Translations under genes and position numbers: made by a program
NCBI GenBank assembly: GCA_007117735.1
Contig: SKGA01000028.1
Location: forward strand, 1-49,951
Length of the DNA stretch: 49,951 nt
Origin: Candidatus Woesearchaeota archaeon
Lineage (GTDB): Archaea > Nanobdellota > Nanobdellia > Woesearchaeales > SKGA01
Direction: 5' to 3'
In this document: positions 45,801 to 49,951 of the stretch, one piece after another
Position numbering within the stretch: position 1 is the stretch's first letter
Layout: the number at the start of each line of letters is the position of its first letter
Notes under the pieces: model-generated
Told to the model about the DNA's origin: nothing
What the model saw: the letters and a program-made list of their open reading frames with translations, nothing else
The model's database searches: none

Positions 45801-47000
45801 TTGACATAAGGGACTATTTTGACAACTTGGACACGTATCACATTTTGCGACATCATCACAAACCGCGCAAAAATCTTGACATTGCGAATAATCAAAACCA
45901 CAATCAGCAGTACAACCTAAATTACCTCCAGTTAACCCAACTGTTGAACACGCGGGCGCATCTGTTGAAATCGTTCCGTCAGGAAAATGTCGATAATAAG
46001 TGATTCCCGTATCTCTATCAATATCGCATTGTTCAAAACCAGTTACTTCCCCATCACCACAAAGACTCCCTAATTGAGTAGAAGTAGGACAATCAAAATC
46101 TTGACCTTCAGGATCGGGAGTGTTTTGAGTAAGTACAGAGATAGGTCGATCTGTTAAAATACCGCAAGCATTTTGATCAGTTACTGTTCGAAGTTTTACA
46201 TATTCAGTTCCATAAGGAACACATTGACCCCAAGGACCCACATCCCAATCAGGAACACAAGGAGAAGTTATTTCCTGACAATCAAGAACAAAATCAATAG
46301 TTTTTGTTGTGTAAGGTCCTGAAAATTGTTGAGAAATTGTTTGTGGTTGACAGTCAAGAAAAACAGCGTCACCATTTCGAGTAATTTGATAATTTTGCGG
46401 GGCTGTCGCGCTAAATTGGTTAAGAGCATTATCAACTCCAGGAATATCTCCTAAATTATAATGTCCTGTACCATTTGTTGTTGCAGAAATAAACAAGCCA
46501 TTTTCTGCTTGCACCGTAATTCCTGGTAAAGGAATTCCTGAAGCATTATTCATTCGTACAGTCCCAATAACTTCATGCATAATAGTTGGTTGCGCACTAG
46601 GATCACAATCACAAACGCCGTTTGTGGGCGCTACAGGAGTATAAGCACCTCCTTGAACAGTCTCACAGTAAGATTTTTGAATTTCTGAAGGTAATAAATT
46701 AACAGATGAAGCTCCAAAGTCCAACACATTACCAAAACCATCACAACAACAAGCCGTTTCAGTAACATCAGGTAAAATATTCCCGGAAGCGTCAAGACAA
46801 TTGTCGACAAAAACAGAGTTAGGATTCCAAGCTACACAGTCAGCAGCACTGGGAGAAGAGGATGAAGGTATATAAACACCCGTTCCAGGTAGAGAAGGGT
46901 TTGCGTAAGGCATAACGCAACAAGCTTGAGAATTAGCTTGCACTAATGGAAGAAACAGTAATACTGCAATGAATAAAAATAAATACGCTTTCACAACCAA
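42804..47000 (-). CDS. 1398-aa secreted Cys-rich protein (carboxypeptidase-regulatory-like, Cys-rich, FN3/Ig-like modules)
   Basis: Signal peptide; V.GTV...G.PLPG.TV...TTNGTGHY; W..GPWGQC; CGDGEVTGFEQCD; dozens of Cys; C-terminal Ig-like units; no C-terminal TM. Confidence 0.8.
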   Translation of the reverse strand: MVVKAYLFLFIAVLLFLPLVQANSQACCVMPYANPSLPGTGVYIPSSSSPSAADCVAWNPNSVFVDNCLDASGNILPDVTETACCCDGFGNVLDFGASSVNLLPSEIQKSYCETVQGGAYTPVAPTNGVCDCDPSAQPTIMHEVIGTVRMNNASGIPLPGITVQAENGLFISATTNGTGHYNLGDIPGVDNALNQFSATAPQNYQITRNGDAVFLDCQPQTISQQFSGPYTTKTIDFVLDCQEITSPCVPDWDVGPWGQCVPYGTEYVKLRTVTDQNACGILTDRPISVLTQNTPDPEGQDFDCPTSTQLGSLCGDGEVTGFEQCDIDRDTGITYYRHFPDGTISTDAPACSTVGLTGGNLGCTADCGFDYSQCQDFCAVCDDVAKCDTCPSCQNSPLCQNTCDEQAPSFLDEFTDSQRQNTRNILDSYANLEFPTGVYYTQGTSDVKLRWRTNLSASCQQNIVGHRIIMCEESGVSPNTCAQGTKNSKIVQQTLQEAIFASALQENTNYCYNVCTLTADGQEHCAVDADGTLPCFNSGDLYCHQPRAFGLICATDSFGGESPTGCYVETIRDNVYTNNTFQTVEFCSASETCVHTPFQPNNPLATGAACVQSGPCELCNGLFDQFSPYNFEVQMSFSTGSTLLFCEDFEYDPSQPLATPEPEGSQIGLCYLDMRGGFFETYDSCDEVRSCYDYQTEGACSQDPCFRFTDLDDNQAVNGCSWQSYSDELGLGVCQPVEVQDQNCTLCDTDSPIGTCNENFCGLYGDCFFKETQNHNQSASPPRVEQTVFRNADISLPVRHSDPFLPACLAQETIGCFFYETEEQCVGTNNQAFEINVFYDGNQRIAGTNEPRQLSNDLFGRGTCQWVDQGGVQGCFSNRDGYVSSINPFYDDCFERGTGSLSTGVRNSERLDCILDNEAPETTLQLRSPVQETRYQRTDGSYLPVYGKSQLSEILFTVEDSTWESERLLTYVALAPASCAQIQCYMPDDCDDCTTDSSVALACLDQGCPTYPVYTLDDYLPGGDGYTNLSDDSQEYVLLYYSMDPARNLEVVNHSFIFIDKTSPELVSFETKEDSFDVAPRIYRTNLTVSFEIDKSSFCEGRLHDHLTGQVIGGQHVASFGTDFNATYLFLQDGYYYFNLTCYDDFGNDLVYQEDITIEANPSIFNILPRGGVYRNLSSVVLELQTVNDATCKFDTEQRPHAQARGTFSQTGGTTHIHRLDSFPSSLGIQAQESRPYIFYFSCEFSNEITEQEPGDYATFTIDRLAPTVSVLARDTLQEPFTPYFPTLFDWVLERELRLVCDDFDSQIPIQQFGCQEIEYCFGPAVDLATFDPLTHCQGGVSRTTSSEVDLLLSVETHARSHLYFRAVDRGGNQGDWLQINPKVRNIVFEEPTIFFIP

Positions 47001-47034
47001 ACACCCTTATATACCATTCTTCAAAAAATAGTCA

Positions 47035-47042
47035 TATATAAA
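47035..47042 (-). promoter_or_regulatory. TATA box upstream of the 1398-aa gene
   Basis: Minus strand reads TTTATATA ~35 nt before the start. Confidence 0.45.
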
Positions 47043-47077
47043 TGTTATGGGAAGAAGAAGATCTCTAACTATAAAAA

Positions 47078-49951
47078 TCATGTCCAACTCCCTGACGCTT
47101 GACAGGTGAAACCACATTCTTGAGCGTTTAATGGGCGGGAAAGAACAGGTGATGAAACACTGGTAGGATTATTTCCTTGACAGAAATGAAGTTGTCCGTC
47201 ACAACTAAGCATTCGTGGTTGTAATTGAGAACCAACTGTTGAAAATCTTGTACCTGAAGACCTTACAGTTCCTTGATAACAAGTCGCTTCCCCTAAAAGA
47301 GGGTTCTGAGCAGTAATAGTTCTTTGACCAGTACAACACATCGCGTTAGGATTTTGTCCTGTTGCCTGAAAACCTTGAGACTGATCGAAGAAAGGAACTG
47401 AGGTTCCTGGGAAGTCATCATAAGACACAAAAGAAGGATCTAAGGATGATTTTGTTTGACAATAACATGCTTCTCGTGAAGTTAATGTCGGTGTTATTTG
47501 ACAATTTTCAGTACAAGCTGCCGTTCCTTGACAAAGAAAACCCACTTCTCCTTGCGGAGTTACAAAATCGCTAGCAAGTAATCCTTGGCAAGTTGAATCT
47601 CCTTGCGTACACATACAAAGATCAAGATTATGATATGCACAATCACCTTCACCATCACAGGTTGCTTGACACGTAAATACTTCTGTAGGAAGGGTTTGTT
47701 GGACATTCCCATAATTCATTTCTACAAATTGATTTGCTGAGGTTATTAATTGAGCAGTAGCCTCCGGGGCGCAGTAGCCTTGATTAATTTCTGCGGCATT
47801 CGGATGTAGAGTGAGTTGTTGTGAAGAAAGCACTTGTTGTTCAAAAGATGTACCTTCATAATATATACAAACAAGATCCCTCGAATCTAAGGATAATGGG
47901 GAAGTTCCTAGATTTGTTCCTGCATGTACAGTTGTAAAAGGAATGGTCTGTTGAAAGATTGATTCATATCCTGGTCCTGAACAGGTTGCAAATTGCCAAG
48001 CGCTAGCCCCACTAAAACTTGTCGGTGTCGCATCACACGCTAGTTCCGTAAACCAGGTCGTTGCCAATCTCCCTCCACAAACGTTTCCTCGCTCTCCTGA
48101 ACAATATTGATTATGAGTAACTCTAAACACGTTATTAATAGATGGTTGTTGTAGATTAAAAGGATTTAATCCTCCAAAGACATCTTGAATAAAAGTTCCA
48201 CCACCAAATTGTTCTTCATAGGTTTGTTGAGTAACAGGGCCAATAGTTCCGTTTACGTATTCAAGCACTGCTCGATCAAGAAAAAGAAACGATCCTGTTG
48301 TTGCAGGGTGAAGTGCAAACACTTCTTCAGAAAAATCATTTGTTGTAAAACAAAGTTCTGCTGCACTTCGAAACGATCCTCCTGTCAATGGTTGGATAGT
48401 ACGATCTAGAGGTTCACAACAACTATGAGGAGGGTTTCCTTGCCAGTACGAGGATAATTGTATGTTTGAGTTAACACCAGCAGGATAATCAGTACTTGTC
48501 CCTAACGAAGTATTAAATTGATGAGGGAGACACTCTGCTACAAAAACTTCTGCAACATCTGGTTGACTGAATATCATTGAAGAAGAGGATTGGTTTTGTC
48601 CGACAATAAGTTCAATTTCGTGTCTTGTGGGATTGTTAACTAAATTATCTCGTTGAAAATAGTCAAAAACAATAGTGCTTATTGTTGAATCGTTTCCGAG
48701 AATATGAACAGGGTTTAATTGTGTGATAAAAAATCCTTCAAGAATATCTAGAAAAATAAACTGAGAAAGAGTTGTTCCTAATAATCTACTTGCAGTGCTG
48801 TTCGTCGCGTCAAGAATATATTTATCTTCAATACTTGCATACCTATTATCAATATCTGGAAATTCATTTCTTGTTTCTAAAACTGCTAACGGCAGATCAA
48901 AAACTAAGAATCGAACAATTTGAAAATCTTTTGCTCCGTGTTCATCTTCAACAACAACAGTTATTTCTCGAAAGCCAATATCTGATTCGTTGGTTTGAAA
49001 TTCAGCAATTCTTTTTGTATCTCGAAAGGCTTGGCTTGATGTTAGGATGTTTGTTACCATATAATCTCGTTCTAAACATTGTTGATGATTTTCTAAAGTA
49101 CAACCTCCCATATCATCACAACAAGCCAAATTAAGATATTCATCATAATCTTCTTTCCATCCAAAAAAAGCGTAGGTAATAGTATCTTCATCCGGATCAA
49201 CTGCAAAAGGCTCTAATCGGACAGTGTCGTTAGTATAAACTAAAATATCTATAGGTATATCATTAAAGAAGTTAGTATTCCCGTCAGTAATGTAATCGAG
49301 AATTGGTTTTCGTTGTTTACTTGCGACAATAAATCGAAAAGGATCTCCTTGTAAGAGAGAACTTTCATCTTGAAAAATCAAGACGTCATCGGCAAGATTT
49401 TGTACCTGTGTACAATTTGCACAAGCGCTCCGCACCCGTTCTACTGAAAGAATAGGTTGAAATCCTGCAGTCGTAGAGTAATCTCTAGAAATAACGAAAA
49501 AAGGATCCCGAAGTGATCGGAAAATTGTTTCAAAAGCGAAATTGTATAATCGTTTGATATTAATATCTGTTCGTGATTGAAAATCAACAGTTCTTGCAAT
49601 ACTTCGAGAACCATCTACCGTGATATCAAAAGGAAATTCTGCTCGAGTAATAATTCCTCGTGGTGATTGAAACGTTGAAACAACGTGAACGTTTTCTTCT
49701 TGTAAAGAAATATCAAACGCGACTAACTCTTCTGTAAATAAAGAAAAATTAACACAAGAGCTCAATTGATTTTGAACAAAACTTTCAAGCTGTCGCTGTA
49801 TAGCGTAGGGTTCTCGAGGAGTGTCATATTGGTGTGCTGCACAACTAAAGATCCCTTCATCAAGGTTGAATGCGTTTGAACCATTATATGAGCAGAGTTT
49901 TGGAAACTCATTCGCTCCTAAATAACCACTCATCGTACTTACTCGTTCACC
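47078..49951 (-). CDS. Large Cys-rich surface protein, 5' partial (>957 aa)
   Basis: The frame stays open to the window edge (GGT GAA CGA GTA AGT ACG ATG). Contains Ig/PKD-like motifs (AVDPDED.ITY, V.V.D..G, LDATNS) and a Cys-rich C-terminus. Confidence 0.8.
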   Translation of the reverse strand, partial: GERVSTMSGYLGANEFPKLCSYNGSNAFNLDEGIFSCAAHQYDTPREPYAIQRQLESFVQNQLSSCVNFSLFTEELVAFDISLQEENVHVVSTFQSPRGIITRAEFPFDITVDGSRSIARTVDFQSRTDINIKRLYNFAFETIFRSLRDPFFVISRDYSTTAGFQPILSVERVRSACANCTQVQNLADDVLIFQDESSLLQGDPFRFIVASKQRKPILDYITDGNTNFFNDIPIDILVYTNDTVRLEPFAVDPDEDTITYAFFGWKEDYDEYLNLACCDDMGGCTLENHQQCLERDYMVTNILTSSQAFRDTKRIAEFQTNESDIGFREITVVVEDEHGAKDFQIVRFLVFDLPLAVLETRNEFPDIDNRYASIEDKYILDATNSTASRLLGTTLSQFIFLDILEGFFITQLNPVHILGNDSTISTIVFDYFQRDNLVNNPTRHEIELIVGQNQSSSSMIFSQPDVAEVFVAECLPHQFNTSLGTSTDYPAGVNSNIQLSSYWQGNPPHSCCEPLDRTIQPLTGGSFRSAAELCFTTNDFSEEVFALHPATTGSFLFLDRAVLEYVNGTIGPVTQQTYEEQFGGGTFIQDVFGGLNPFNLQQPSINNVFRVTHNQYCSGERGNVCGGRLATTWFTELACDATPTSFSGASAWQFATCSGPGYESIFQQTIPFTTVHAGTNLGTSPLSLDSRDLVCIYYEGTSFEQQVLSSQQLTLHPNAAEINQGYCAPEATAQLITSANQFVEMNYGNVQQTLPTEVFTCQATCDGEGDCAYHNLDLCMCTQGDSTCQGLLASDFVTPQGEVGFLCQGTAACTENCQITPTLTSREACYCQTKSSLDPSFVSYDDFPGTSVPFFDQSQGFQATGQNPNAMCCTGQRTITAQNPLLGEATCYQGTVRSSGTRFSTVGSQLQPRMLSCDGQLHFCQGNNPTSVSSPVLSRPLNAQECGFTCQASGSWT

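Noticed and set aside
680..49134. Numerous 60-140 aa antisense or alternate-frame ORFs (e.g. 680-895, 22495-22920, 18551-18883, 28070-28390, 48772-49134)
   Set aside because: They are shadows of well-supported genes, with biased composition and no independent motifs.
24975..49951. Prophage or conjugative element explanation for the lysin-like protein
   Set aside because: No integrase, terminase, capsid, portal, relaxase or VirB4 is visible, and promoter and SD style match the rest of the chromosome. Genes beyond the right edge cannot be excluded.
1..49951. tRNA or rRNA genes, and bacterial (CPR) origin of the contig
   Set aside because: No cloverleaf or rRNA signature was noticed in the short intergenic gaps (by eye, not tRNAscan). 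NAC, Sec61beta, RPA, archaeal rnpB and TATA promoters outweigh the bacterial-type enzymes.

Overview
AT-rich archaeal chromosome segment, most likely from a DPANN lineage (Woesearchaeota-like; inferred from archaeal NAC, Sec61beta, RPA, Trm11, translin, an archaeal-type RNase P RNA, TATA-box promoters, and bacterial-type AspRS, TGT and GlgB). Bases 1-24.4 kb are housekeeping genes: tRNA charging and modification, glycogen and sugar metabolism, Mre11, an ABC exporter, RPA and rnpB. The probable right end of an IS5-family element lies at the left edge. Bases 24.4-50 kb form a single minus-strand, tightly packed surface-structure locus. It holds three giant Cys-rich/Ig-like exported proteins and about 14 proteins with class III (type IV pilin-like) or similar N-termini. 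It also holds a 1221-aa pilin-leader protein carrying NlpC/P60-like, lytic-transglycosylase-like and VanX/VanY (M15)-like domains. This locus is the best candidate for an undescribed system: a pilus-like attachment or penetration apparatus aimed at peptidoglycan-walled (bacterial) cells. All calls come from motif recognition by eye; no database searches were run.
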